The notes under the pieces are model-generated. The model saw only the letters and a program-made list of their open reading frames with translations. It ran no database searches and was not told the DNA's origin. This document shows positions 10,469 through 23,799 of a DNA stretch of 64,000 nt, one piece after another. Both the position numbers and the translations under genes were made by a program. Source of the stretch: Octopus sinensis (lineage: Eukaryota). Where the stretch lies: positions 5,270,001-5,334,000 of the forward strand of contig NC_043008.1 of the NCBI RefSeq assembly GCF_006345805.1. Reading direction: 5' to 3'. Positions within the stretch are counted from its first letter, which is position 1. Each line of letters starts with the position of its first letter.

Positions 10469-13400
10469 TATATTGAAATATCTTTGATGTGACCAAGCTC
10501 CCACTTGCAAAGTATTTGGGGTCATCATTGATTCAGACACAGCAAACATAGACGCATGAAAGGACCTATGCTTGCTCGTGACAACACGGTCACCTAAAAT
10601 AATAAGTGGAGCTATGGTACATGTTACCAAGTCAGAGTCGCTCGCGAGTGAGAACGGTCATTTATTTTCATATCAAACAGATATCACATTCATACCCCAT
10701 AGACTATATGAAGGCCTAATTGATGTCAAACACACTGCCTGAACACCCTACTTCTGTCAAACACACTGAAGTCGTTAAAGATGTCAAACACACTATATGG
10801 AGGCCTTACTGATATCAGTGACTATGTGGGGAGTCTGTAAATATAAATAATAAAGCCTAGCCAGGCTCATGGGCCAGGTTTCTATGGTGTATGTGTTCCC
10901 AGACTGGATGGAACGCCAGTCCATCACAGCGTTACTCATTTTTTCCAGCTGAGTGGACTGGAACAATGTGAAATGAAGTGTTTTGCTCAAGAACACAAAC
11001 GCGTCGCTCGGTCCAGGAATCGAAACCACAATCTTACGATCATGATGCTAACACCCTAACCACTAAGCCATGCGCCTCTACTCTGTGAATATAGAATATA
11101 TTAAATAAAGGCACTGGCGTGGTTGTCTGGTAAGAAGCTTGTTTCCCAACCACATGGTTCCGGGTTCAGTCCCACTGCGTGGCACCTTGAGCAAGTGTCT
11201 TCTGCGATAGTCTCAGGCCAACCAAAGCCTTGTGAGTGAATTTGGTAGATGGAAACTGAAAGAAGCCTGTCGTATGTGTGTGTGTGGGTGCGTGTGTGTG
11301 TCCATCCACAATACCCATTTCTTTACTACCCACAAGGGGCTAAACACAGAGGGGACAAACAAAGACGGACAAATGGATTAAGTTGATTACATCGACCCCA
11401 GTGCGTAACTGATACTTAATTTATCGACCCCGAAAGGATAAAAGGCAAAGTTGACCTCGGCGGAATTTGAACTCGGAACGTAACGGCAGACGAAATACAG
11501 CTATGCATTTCACCTGGCGTGCTAATGCTTCTGCCAGCTCCCCTCGTTAAATACCTATTTCTTTACTACCCACAAGGGGCTAAACATAGGGGACAAACAA
11601 GGACAGTCAAACGGATTAAGTCGATTACATCGACTCCAGTGCTTAACTGATACTTATTTTATCGACCCTGAAAGGATAAAAGGCAAATCGGCCTTGGCGG
11701 AATGTAAATGCCGCTAAGCAGTTACCTCGGCTTGGTAACCATTCTACCAGCTTGCCGCCTTACCCAAACGTATTACTGATATTATTTTAATAATAACACT
11801 GTCGACAATGATGGGATTTGATATTCAGGACTAAAGGAGACGGGATTTAATACTTTGCTGCATTTGGTTAGACTATAAATACCATAATTATCACCGTGAT
11901 CACTGTGACTGACCAGGCTATCAGATGTTGCTACACATCACTGGTCACAATGCGCTTCGCATTGTTTATGCCTTCAAATGATGCCACCCCGGTGGCTAAG
12001 CGAGCAGGTCAACAGAAGAAAGAGTGAGAGAAAGTTGTGGCGAAAAAGTACTGCAGGGATGCCCCCCCCCCCCGGAGCCTCATAGAGCTTTAAGTGTTTT
12101 CGCTCAATAAACACTCACAATGCCCTGTCTGGGAATCAAAACCGCAATCCTATGACTGCAAGTCTGCTGTCCTAACCACTGGGCCATTGCACCTCCACAA
12201 ATACCATAATTATAGCAAAGATTAAATATCCTTAGACAACTACAACTTTGAACCTAGTTTTTGTACCTGATAAATGCACTTTTCCTTCATTTTATTCCTC
12301 AACTCCATAGATAATAACTTAAAACAGGGATGTGAGGGTATGTCCAGGCCCGTGTAAAGCCTGTAATAGACAGGCTAGATGTGAAATAGGGGCTTCATTT
12401 CAACTTGTAACAGGCCCAGCTCAGGGCATGGACACATAACGGTCGGTATATTGGGTACTACTAGCAAACAGTGATCCCGGTGCGCGCATAAGAGTTTGTT
12501 ATTAAAACGGCAAGTTGTAAAATGTGTAAGATGAACAATGCATGAATTTTTAAAGAAATGTATTTATTTACCGTTACGTTACAATACCTTGCCTCGACGG
12601 GCAGGTTGATAAATCCAAAAGCATGCAAAAGTTAGATGCAGTAGAATATTTGGTTTGGGTTCCCTTGGTTGTTAGTAGTAATTGCTGAGAGAGATAGAAT
12701 GATGTTGTAAGAGAATGGAATTAGAGCTAGAGAGAATGGTAGGGTTTTGTCTCACAGTTGCTTTCTCCCTCTGACCAAGGTTGGTCAGCCAGACCTGGTT
12801 GAGTTGTCACGGGTTGGTGACTAACTGGTTTTTGCTTGGGGTAAGACCCAGAAGGATAGATATATCAATGAGAACAATAGATTTAGTTGGTGGTCTTGTT
12901 ATCTCTATTCTAGCCTTTGGTGAAGTAGAAGAGGTTAGAAAGGGTCAAGTGGTGAAGACATTGTTTTGGCCTAGCTAAAAGGCATCTGGAAAATGTAAAA
13001 ACTGCTGTCAGAGAAAAACCATTGTTCCATCATGGGAAAAGTTCTAATATAATAATAATAATGAAATTATTGTATACAGTGCTCAGGTGCACCACAGTGG
13101 CAGTATTGATTTAAATTTGGCTATGTTGGATCGAATCCACTTCATGCATGCAGGATTCGCTACAGACATATCTTCCCTCTCTTGCGAACATATGGTACCA
13201 AAGAGTTACGAAAAGCAAAATTCAGATATTCGCTTTCACATAACAACATACATGTTTGTACGTTCCTTTTGTGGTTATTTTGTTCTGGGTGTCCATGTTT
13301 GATGTTCGAGATGGAAACAGGTAAATTATATTGATTTCTCCTTTTGACATAAATATGTCTTTTTACTTAACAAAGTTTAAAATACAATCGATTATGTTAT

Positions 13401-13718
13401 CTTATCCATGCTGTGGTTTTGGTTTCAGAAACAAGAGGTACTCTTGAAGATAATGTAAACTATGTCAGTGGTTGCTTCTCCATTTTCCACCCTCTCAGAC
13501 ACATCTTAGAATTCGTAGACAAACAATTGAACAATGCTTCTTTTATGTTCAAAATATATTTAAAAATGCTGTTATGAAAAAGTTTATTTACAGAAACCAT
13601 AAAGAGAAACAAAGGTATTGTGTGAGACAAACACTGTAATACATTGTTTATTCATATTATTATCAGTATTGAAGCAAGCACCGCAGAACCATTTATAAAT
13701 TTAAAGATTCATTTACAC

Positions 13719-14313
13719 CAGTGCTGCCCAACCTTTTCCGAACATGGGCCGGATTTAAGAAAAACAATGCTAGTGGGCCAGATTCACATTTCTAGCCTTT
13801 CATTTTTTAATACAACTATTTGAAATGGTTTGATAAAGTATTCAGAACTGAAAACATTGATTCTATTATTCTATTTATAGACATTATCCATTATACAATT
13901 AAAATTCATAACTCAATTTAAACATAGGGGTCCTACATATGATACTATTTCTATTACTTTTTCACTGCTATCAAAAAATTATAGTCTCCAGATATTACAT
14001 GAATACAAAATGGCCATTAAAAATTTTGATTTAGAACCTTACACCCTATAAAACAAATTTAACAATTGATCAAGATTCAAAAAAAAGGCAGCTGACTCAG
14101 CATGCTTAAAACTATCTCTGTCGCAGATAAATCACGTCTCATAATGACACATGGAGAAGACCTGCATGTAGGACATAAAGAGGATACTTTAATGGGATTT
14201 TTTATGATCTACAAATACATTTTTAGTAATTTGTTTTGCAGATACCCATAAATTGAAGACCGACTAGCGGGCCGTATTCTAAGGCTTCATGGGCCGGGCG
14301 TTGGGCAGCACTG
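13719..14313. mobile_element. hAT (Charlie-like) non-autonomous element, 595 bp
   Basis: TIRs CAGTGCTGCCCAAC / GTTGGGCAGCACTG with a perfect 8 bp TSD ATTTACAC (13711-13718 and 14314-14321). Confidence 0.92.
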
Positions 14314-14953
14314 ATTTACACGTTAAGAAGAAAGAAGATCAGATAAATATCATTTTTTACATTCAAATCCTGCCCAAGTTAACTTCCCTCTCAGAGCTAA
14401 TAAAATAAAGTACCAGTCAAAAACTGGGTTAGATGTAGTCAAGTTGGCCCTCCTCTCAAAGTTGCTGGCCTTTTGTCTAAATTAGAAACAATTATTTATT
14501 CCATTCCAATAAAAAAATTGTTTAAAGGCAGAATTTTGGAAAAGCTGTAAATAAGGTTATAGAAAGAAAAAGGGACGACTCCAATGTCTTTTCCCCTTCT
14601 TTTTCCAACATTTTTAGTTTTCATACAACGAGAATTATGATTCAGAAAGATTTTTTTTTTTCAAAAATTTTGATTTTTTTTCCCCCCCAATTTTGCTCCC
14701 TCCCCCAAATTCCAAGTCCTTTTCATTCCCCACGAGGAGGGGATAGCTTTTCAAAAATCCCAGCTATAGTGCCTCGGCCTGTAAGAAAATTGAGTTTTAG
14801 AATAGCTATTTTTACCTTAAAGAGAAGAGAAATGGCACAGAATGTGGTGATAGTAATGGGGATTAGTGCAACAATATAAAAAGGAATTTGGAATTTTAGG
14901 GAAGAAAAAGAAATCTCTCAGATCATAATTCCTGATGTAACAAACTCAAGAAT

Positions 14954-14990
<37 letters not shown>

Positions 14991-15549
14991 ACCCGCTTCT
15001 GTGCCTTTTTCTTCCCCATGAGATTGTGAAAGGTATTAAAAAAATACTCCCTTATAAAATCTGGGATTTGAAGGCGAAAACAAGTATCTGTGAATTATGG
15101 GCCACTTGCAAATATAACATGGGTCATAGAGGGAAATGGTTCCAAATAAGAATCGCAAACAGTTTCATAAACCCAGTCCTCTGAATGCTTGCTTATCACT
15201 GCTATTGTTTTAAACATTTCTAGAGGGTATTGGTTTCTTGTTGCATTTGTACCCTTCATCTTTTCGGGGCCGATAAGATTGTGTACCAGTTGAACAACGG
15301 GGGTCGATTTAATTGACTAGCCTCCTTCCCTCAAACTTACTGTCCTTCAGCCAAAAATTAGAAAGAATTATAGTTGTTGTTTGTTGTTGTGTCTGCTGTC
15401 TTCTCTTTATGATCATATTTAGTCAATCCAAGATTAATTCGTTGCTTTAAAAAAAAAATGTAAAACTAAAAACTAAAAAAAGAAGAAATTTATTCCTACT
15501 TTGTCGTTTTTTAGAAAAAAGTAATTAAATCCCGCCAGAAAATCATTAA

Positions 15550-15767
15550 CCCTTTCGTTACCAACCCGAAACCAGCTCTGACTCTGTAGTACAAATGTTT
15601 TGTTTTCAAAAGTTCTGAATCAAAATCTTCCACCAAACCTTTGTCACAATTCATGTTGCTAACACTGGCTGAATGATAACTAAGTTATTTTGATAAATTC
15701 TTTGTTATATTTAAAATTAATTGAAAGAAACACAGAGCATCTCAAAATAAATATAGTAACGAAAGGG
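15550..15767. mobile_element. piggyBac-type MITE in CAMK4 intron 1
   Basis: TIRs CCCTTTCGTTAC / GTAACGAAAGGG with TTAA TSDs. Confidence 0.88.
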
Positions 15768-15884
15768 TTAATGTTTTAGAAAAATCAAGAAATAATAATT
15801 AATTTATTTCAGTGAAAAGATTTGTGTGTGTTTGTTTTTTAAAATTATTACAACTTCAAACGTCCGAAATAATTGCTACGTTAC

Positions 15885-15973
15885 CTTCCAAGTTCATCTC
15901 CCATTTCGTATCGATCTGCAAACGGGACATCCTTTATGCTTTCAGCCACCCAATAATCCGTTTTTGTTGCCAT
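15885..15973 (-). CDS. CAMK4: Calcium/calmodulin-dependent protein kinase type IV-like, first coding exon (MATKTDYWVAESIKDVPFADRYEMGDELG-R)
   Basis: Matches the CaMKIV N-terminal motif DYW...F...YE...ELGR. ATG at 15973; the exon ends GGA AG|GTAACG (phase 2 donor at 15884). Confidence 0.85.
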
Positions 15974-16052
15974 TTGTTGGAGTTCTTTTTGGCAAAGATT
16001 TCCTATCTTTGAAGTTGATGGGAAAAAAACAAGCAATAGTATGACGGCACCT

Positions 16053-16103
16053 ACTACTACTACTACTACTACTACTACTAGAACTATTACTATTACAACT
16101 ACT
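16053..16103. repeat. (TAC)n / (GTA)n microsatellite just upstream of the CAMK4 start codon
   Basis: ctactactactactac...tattactattacaactact. Confidence 0.9.
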
Positions 16104-16949
16104 AATGACACCAGTACTAATTTCCAAATATTTCGTGTCTCTCTTTCGCTTTTCTTTCTTTTATGTTTTTACTTTTTTGTACTCTTTTTTTGCTAGGGTT
16201 ATATCGCTGTAATTGCTTGGCAACAGGTGATCAAATATCGATTGGAATGGTGAGAAAATAACCACAGTTAAACAATATATATTCTACAGCTATATAAAGA
16301 TATAAGAATATAACTTTATATATTCGTTAAAGCACAGATACTTGAAGATACAGTCAGAATCTTGCCCACTTTAATGGGAAAGTATATATTCACAATCAAG
16401 TTTGGCTCCCACAGACCGTTATGCACCAAAGTGGTGAAACCCAACGCGGCGTTTTCGCCCTGCACATCCTTGTTCTCGGTAGTCCAATAAGAGTTACCTC
16501 CCTTACGTTTCGTGTCTTTGGAGTGATCGCGGAATCGCTGCGCGCTGGCAGAGTGGTTAGCACGCCGGGCGAAATGCCGAGTGGTATTTCGTCTGCCGCT
16601 ACGTTGTGAGTTCAAATTCCGCCGAGGTCGACTTTGCCTTTCATCCTTTCGGGCTCGATTAAATAAGTACCAGTTACGCACTGAGGTCGATATAATCGAC
16701 TTAATCCGTTTGTCTGTCCTTGTTTGTTCCCTCTGCGTTTAGCCCCTTGTGGATAATAAAGAAACAAATATTTCGGCTGTCTTTACATTCAATGTTCAAA
16801 TTCTACCAGGGTTGACTTAGCCTTCCCTATCGATGTCGATAAAATAAGTAACATTTGAACACTGGGGTCGATCTAATCAACTTACTCTCTCCCCGAAATT
16901 GCTGGCCTTCTGCCAGAATTTGAAATCATCATTATTATTATATAACCTT

Positions 16950-17368
16950 TTCCGTGAAGGCGGTGAGCTGGCAGAACCGTTAGCATGCTGGGCGAAATGC
17001 GTAGCCGTATTTCGTCTGCTGTTACGTTCTGAGTTCAAATTCCACCGAGGTCGACTTTGCCTTTCATCCTTTCGGGATCGATAAATTAAGTACCAGTTAT
17101 GCACTTGGATCGATGTAATCGAGTTAATCCGTTTGTTTGTCCCCTCTGTTTTTAGCCCCTTGTGGGTAGTAAAGAAATAGGTATTTCGTCTGCCGCTACG
17201 TTCTGAGTTCAAATTCCGCCGAGGTCGACTTTGCCTTTCATCCTTTCGGGGTCGATTAAATAAGTACCAGTTACGCACTGGGGTCGATCTAATCGACTTA
17301 ATCTGTTTGTCTGTCCTTGTTTATCCCCTCTATGTTTAACCCCTTGTGGGTAGTAAAGAAATAGGAAT
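16950..17368 (+). mobile_element. tRNA-derived SINE dimer (head-to-tail units of ~170-180 bp)
   Basis: A/B-box-like head, body GTCGACTTTGCCTTTCATCCTTTCGGGGTCGAT and junction AAGAAATA|GGTATTTC. Other arrays or monomers lie at 11290-11720, 16545-16770, 20335-20730, 24313-24675, 28072-28305 and 51935-52330. Confidence 0.85.
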
Positions 17369-17754
17369 CGCTGTTTTTATTCTTTTCATTGAATTTGGGT
17401 GTAACGTAAACTCGTAACAAACTATTTCCGCGCCCTGGTTTCGATATGCACTTAAAACTACTTTGGTGTATATCGCTAACCCATTCATAGTGAATATCTT
17501 TCTATTTTTGTTGCTGGTATGTAGCGAGAGATCGATTAGCCAATATTGTAAACTACCACACCTATGATCTGAAAGTTGTCAGCCGGTGCACTAAATGCAG
17601 CCTACATATTTATTTAGTAATCGAGGTTATCCATTCCTTCATCTACATTTAGACTATACTCTACACCCACTCTATATGCGCTGGTTAATTGAGATGTGTT
17701 TGTGTGCGCGCAGTGTTTGCAGTTGGGACATACAACACCTCAGTCCATTTCTGG

Positions 17755-18560
17755 GTTAAACTAAAGCGTTTGACCCGGTCATAAAAACAAAAAAATAGTA
17801 TAATAGGTGTAAAACAACTTGCTCTAAACGAATATGACAAAAAAACCCCAAAAAAACTGCGCTTTCGCGAAAGGGGTGGGGGTGGGGGAGAGGCCTCGGA
17901 AAATTCACATCTCGCGAAAGGGGTGGGGGTGCGGGAGAGGCCTCGGAAAATTCACATCTTCAGTCCATGGCCTTTAAACTAGTGTTTGACCCGTGCCGAA
18001 AAAAAAAGAAAAAAATAGTGTAATTGGTGTAAAACTACTTGTTCTAAACGATTATCAAGAACACACACCTCCTCCCGAAATAAATGCCTTCATTTTATGA
18101 CAAAATTTTCTTTAAATGTTGACGTTTGTGAAGCTTTAAAATATTTGTTTTGAAGACAATCTGCAATTTTAACAGCCGTAATGTTCAGCATATCATTGGT
18201 TACTGTGTGAAAATTTGATCTTTTTTCCTGAATCCGCTCTGAAATTCAGTGTGGTAGCATGCGTTTGTGTCTGAGAATGTCTTTCTGAGACACACGTTTG
18301 TGTCTAAATATTTTCTGTCTTTGGAGATTTAAATGTTGCAGTGACCAAATCATTTCTTTTTGTGTGTGTGTGTTCTTGATAATCGTTTAGAACAAGTCGT
18401 TTTACACCAATTACACTATTTTCTTTTTTCCCGGCCTGGGTCAATCACTATAGTTTAAAGGCCATGGACTGAAGATGTGAATTTTCCGGGGCCTCTCCCC
18501 CCCTTTCGCGAGAGCGCATTCTCTTTGTCATATTCGTTCAGAGCAAGTTGTTTTACACGA
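17755..18560. mobile_element. Second foldback of the same modular family, right arm truncated, different spacer
   Basis: Left terminus GGTTAAACTAAAGC and the same ggtgtaaaacaacttgctctaaacg / gagaggcctcggaaaattcacatc modules; spacer ~18070-18360. Confidence 0.8.
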
Positions 18561-19224
18561 CACCTCCACTGTGTCGTCCATTTCTGTACGCTTGTTGTTG
18601 TTATTGCTTCTGCTGTTAAACTTCACATCAGATCTAATCGTGCGAACCTGATCGCCAGACCTAATCATAGTCAGAGCTGTTCCAACAACGGCCATCACGT
18701 GTTTTGGGGGCTTATTTTTTTCATCATGGAGTTGTATATTGTATATCTAGGCTTACCTCATAGAATGTGTCCTCTCTTTAGGTGTATTTGGAGGAGATTT
18801 GGCTGCTATTTCTAGAAGGTCGAATGACCACTTTGAAGCTCCTCCACTGGTTATGGCTCTTCTTAATCCAGATCTGTATTACTGTTGTTGCTTTGGTTGT
18901 TATAGCTTAACCCCGGGCCATGCCCTCTCCCCATTATGCACACCTATGATTAAATACATCCTGGAAGTGACCAGCCATTCTAATTTATTTATTAGATTCG
19001 CAATCTACTGAATGTCCTCTCACTTTTGTAGTGCAATTAAGTTTTATGAATTGCTTGTTACTATATTTTTAGCATACAACAACCTTTTTTTGTTCACACA
19101 CGCACACCGACTTTGTCTCCTCATAACTTTAAAAAAATACTGGTAGTTTTAAATGAAATTTTCTACAAATACCTTCCAGATGGAATAGATTCAGATTGTA
19201 CCGGAATCTGCTGTAAAACAATTT

Positions 19225-20213
19225 GGATCTTTTCACTTTGACCGGCAGATTTTAAAATAATTTCTTTGTAACTAAACACTTTTAAACTTCGTATACTGGT
19301 AGAATGTGTTACATAAAACATCTTTTTCTCTTGGCTTTCTTGAGAAAATTCTGTAGTTAGTAAGCTATTTCTTGCACTTCGGCAATTTCAACCAATCAAT
19401 GACGTCTATTGAGGTGAATACAATTTCTGCGGTTGTTTGTCAATGCGGTGTCATATCAATTTGTCACTGTTATTTATGAGAAAAAATATACCATTCCCCC
19501 CACCCCTAACACCTAACCCTAACCCCACATATATAAAAAAATAAAAATTTTACGGAAAATGACGATCTTCTTCAAATGTAAACAAATACACGTTGTGGCC
19601 ATAAACTGAGGGGTCACTCGTAAACAGAGCTGGATAACAAAACCGTTCCCTCTTTAGTGTCCGCCCATAATTATGACCCTAGTATCGATCTAGTATCTAT
19701 TGCATTTCAATCTGTTTTAGGATTAGAGGTGGGGGGAAAGGTATCTTTTTTTTCAGAAATGTAAATAAACCCAATCTGTTTCTTAAACGAATATATAATA
19801 TGTAATGTGTGTATCTGTGCAACAGAGAGGGAAATTAAAACTGCATATGTTGTGAACTTAGAATGTGTGTTTATTAATAAAAGTTTAATAACGATAATCT
19901 TTTATTCATACGAACGTAACTGATATGAAATATGTCATAAATAACAGGGACAAACTAAATAGAGACTGCAGGAAGTTGTTGTTGACAAACAACAGCAGAA
20001 ATTGTATTCACCTCAATAGACGTCATTGATTGGTTGAAATTGCCGAAATGCAAGAAATTAAACAAGAAATAGCTTACAAACTACAGAATTTTCTCAAGAA
20101 AGCCAAGAGAAAAAGATGTTTTATGTAACACATTTTACCAGTATACAAAGTTTTAAAGTGTTTAGTTACAAAGAAATTATTTTTAAAATCTACCGGTCAA
20201 AATGAAAAGATCC
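19225..20213. mobile_element. Long-TIR foldback/MULE-like element of the same family as 1956-2608, with longer arms
   Basis: GGATCTTTTCAC...GAAAAGATCC termini and internal CCCTAA repeats (19503-19526); no clean TSD seen. Confidence 0.8.
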
Positions 20214-21916
20214 TAATATATTTCAGAAAAATATTGTCGCCCTGTCATCTTATTCTTTTCACTTACAAAACGTAAAGTTTTGCACCCAAGAAAGAAATTT
20301 GCTTACTGATTGTACTATTGTAGTAACATCAATAATATATTTCTTTATTGCCCACAAGGGGCTAAACATAGAGGGGACAAACAAGGACAGACAAAGGGAT
20401 TAAGTCGATTACATCGACCCCAGTGCGAAACTGGTACTTTATTTATTGACCCTGAAAGGATGAAAGGCAAAGTCGACCTCAGCGGAATTTGAACTCAGAA
20501 CGTAGCGGCAGGCAAAATATTTATTTCTTTACTACTCACAAGGGACTAAACATAGAGGAGTCAAACAAGGACAGACAAACGGATTAAGTCCTAATTGGTA
20601 CTTATTTAATCGACCCCGAAAGGATGAAAAGCAAAGTCGACCTCAGCGGAATTTGAACTCAGAACGTAACGACAGACGAAATACCGCTAAACATTTCGCC
20701 CGGTGTGCTAACGTTTCTGCCAGCTCGTCAATAATAAACGAGGTATTCTGATCACTTGCTCTCAAATTCGTCCACAAAAATATGGTATTTTTTATATATT
20801 GCTTCACGTCAAATCGATAAGAAGTGGTATTTCTTGTTACTTCTAACCAATTAGATCTCGTAATATCTATTTATATTTTTATGACTTGTTACACGAACAA
20901 ACGTGTAACATTTCATTGTGAACAAAAGGAAAAGCAAAATAACAGAAGAAATATCCAAGTAAAATGAGGCAATCAACGAGGAAAGGAAATGCTCCAGATA
21001 TTCAGTCAAATGATTTAAAACTGGAGGGACGGTGCAAGCTTGAAAAGGCTAAAAACAAAATAACTATAATGGCCGTAAGGATTGGAGTGACTTCGAAGCA
21101 TGCTAATTACACTTTCGCTAATTATCTTAAGTGCCTAAATGAAGGTGGTGAGCCGACAGAAGTGTAATGTTGTTGGCATTTGTTCCGACTCTTTACAATC
21201 TGAGTTCAAATCTCGTTGAAGTTAGCTTTGCCAGGGTGGATAAAATAACGCATCTGTCAAGTACTGAAGTTGGTGTAATCGAATAATACTCTTTTTTCAA
21301 AAATTGTGCCTAAATTAGAAACAAATATTTCTAGAGCCAAATGTTTTTGTTTTTTTTTATCTTGGACTATAGCGCCCTGTAAAATCAATATGGAGCGAAA
21401 GTTTACGAGGAAGTTTTTTTATAAGGGTCGTGACTTAGAAATAAAGTATTTAAACTCTCTTTACTCTTTTACTTGTTTCAATCATTTGACTGTGGCCATG
21501 CTGGAGCACCGCCTTTAGTCGAGCAAATTGACCCCAGGACTTATTCTTTGGAAGCCTAGTACTTATTCTATTGGTCTGTTTTTGCCGAACCGCTAAGTTA
21601 CGGGGACGTAAACACACCAGCATCGATTGTCAAGCGATGTTGGGGGGGGGGGACAAACACAGACACACGAACATATACACACATGTACATATGTATATAT
21701 ATACATATATACGACGGGCTTCTTTCAGTTTCCATTTACCAAATCCACTCACAAGGCTTTGGTTGGCCCGAGGCTATAATAGAAGACACTTACCCAAGGT
21801 GCCATGCAGTGGGACTGAACCCAGAACCATGTGGTTGGTAAGCAAGCTGCTTACCACACAGTCACTCCTGCGCCTATGTACAATTTTTTTTAAAAACATT
21901 TAGGGAAAAAAAATCT

Positions 21917-22371
21917 GGCGATGTTTCGCTTGTCGTAGCACACGTTTCCGTCGATTTCCGCCGTCGATTGTCGATTTCCTCCGTCGATTTCCGTAAAAAA
22001 TGTAAACACTGAATCGGCCATACATACACACACACATACATACACACACACACATACATAGATACATACACACACACATACATGCAGACATACATATACA
22101 CATACACCGAGTAAAAAATATCAGTTATCTCTCTCTTTCACACATTACTCTCTCTGTCTCTTCGCACACACTAACAGAAGCACTTCATTTACACAACATA
22201 CTGTCTGTCTCCCACACCCCATCAAACACACACACGGCACTTCAAAGAGAAACTTCCTCGTCATAAAATCGCTTCCTCTTAGTCTCTTTCGCTCTCATTA
22301 CTTATGTAAAAAAATAAAAGCTTTTTACGGAAATCGACGGAAACTTGTGCTACGACAAGCGAAACTTCGCC
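21917..22371. mobile_element. TIR-bounded non-autonomous element with cgtcgatttc subterminal repeats
   Basis: ggcgatgtttcgcttgtcgtagcacacgtttccgtcgatttccg is inverted at 22323-22371; superfamily not determined. Confidence 0.6.
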
Positions 22372-23799
22372 AAAAATCTTTGTTGGGTTTAAAATAGGAG
22401 TCGGACAGTGTGTTTGTTGTGAGTGAGCAGAAACATGACTGACGGTACACCAAAATCCAAGAATTTCACTTTGCAGGTCCTCGCCTTCTTTATTAATTTC
22501 CATAAATATTTAACATCATAAGGAGCTCTAGTTCATACAAATATCCAAATGGAAGCACTCACTGGATGGGAAAATTGTAGTGATGCTAATTTGGAAGTTT
22601 CCAGCGCGCATACACAGAGTTGCATTAATTCCGGTAGGCCACCGGAAGTTCCCTCTTGCGTATGCACAGAGAACTGCCAGCAGAAAGTTTTCCCGCTAGA
22701 TCGGTCTTTTTGAAGCTGCAGCCCTATCGAGTGGACACAACTCAACCTTCTCTCAAGGAAAACCCAACACGTAGAGAAGCCCCCTTCTATGCGGGAACGG
22801 AGACAGCATTTTGGCTCACACAAGTTAACTATTGTGAATAGTTTTATGGCCTTGGCTACTGGTTCGCCCTGATGAAAATATATGTGTATATATTTTATTT
22901 GCGAATCCAGACAAAAATAAAGTATTATTTATTGCTGTATTTATTTAGTTGAAGATAGTCGAAGTTTTGGTTTTCCTTTCGACATAATTGAATGTAACAG
23001 GATAAGACCGACACCCCTCAAGTGTTCCAGAGACCTTCATCCTGTTACAAAATAAATAGGATTACCATAATGTCTCAATTTCAGGGAGACAGTCTCGGTG
23101 TAATGAGTCTGTCCATGTGTCTTGTCTGGTTATTAAATTCATCTCTTTTGACACTGAAATGACTCGGTTATGGACCCAAAAAGTTAAATTCTAAGAAGGA
23201 AAAAATTTTAAATGTTTAAATCAGCAAGGAGTTCAAACACACGAGCACACACACAAGCTTCTTTCAGTTTCCATTTACCAAATTCTCTGACAAGGCACTG
23301 ATCAGCCCGAGGCTATAATAGAAGACACTTGACCAAGATGCCAAGAAGTGGAATTGAATCCAAGACCATCATCATTATCGTTTAACGTCCGTTTTCCATG
23401 CTAGCATGGGTTGGACGATTTAGACTGAGGGCTGGCGAACCAGATGGCTGCACCAGGCTCCAATCTTGATTTGGCAGAGTTTCTACAGCTGGATGCCCTT
23501 CCTAATGCCAACCACTCCGAGAGTGTAGTGGGTGCTTTTACATGCCACCGGCACAAGGGCCAATCAGGCGGTACTGGCAATGGCCACGCCCAAATGGTGC
23601 TTTTTTTTACGTGCCACTTGCACACCAGTACAAGTGCCAGTAATGCAATGCTGGTAACAATCACGCTCAATTGGTGCCTTTTAAGAGCCACTGGCACTGA
23701 AGCCGGTTAGCTGCTCTGTCAATGATCACACTCAGATGGTGCTCTTTGCACCCCGCTAGCACAGATGCCAGTCATCGAAATTGATTTTGATTTCGATAT

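Noticed and set aside
10703-10808. TGTCAAACACACT three times as a regulatory cluster
   Set aside because: It is explained by a small local tandem duplication; there is no evidence of function.
11290-11720. Tandem SINE units and 165/116 bp arrays as a CRISPR-like array
   Set aside because: There are no unique spacers between short repeats, no cas genes, and the context is eukaryotic.
16316-17278. Recurrent ORFs starting MRNWYLFNR
   Set aside because: They are antisense readings of a non-coding SINE, repeated wherever the SINE occurs.
18570-18900. Minus-strand coding-like stretch with a GAG|GTAAGC donor, as an upstream CAMK4 exon or Gypsy integrase tail
   Set aside because: There is no convincing acceptor or start, and the similarity to Gypsy is only impressionistic.
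22856-22915. CTGATGA followed by an AT hairpin
   Set aside because: Only the 5' half of a hammerhead is present; the downstream part is a degenerate mirror copy with no GAAA core.
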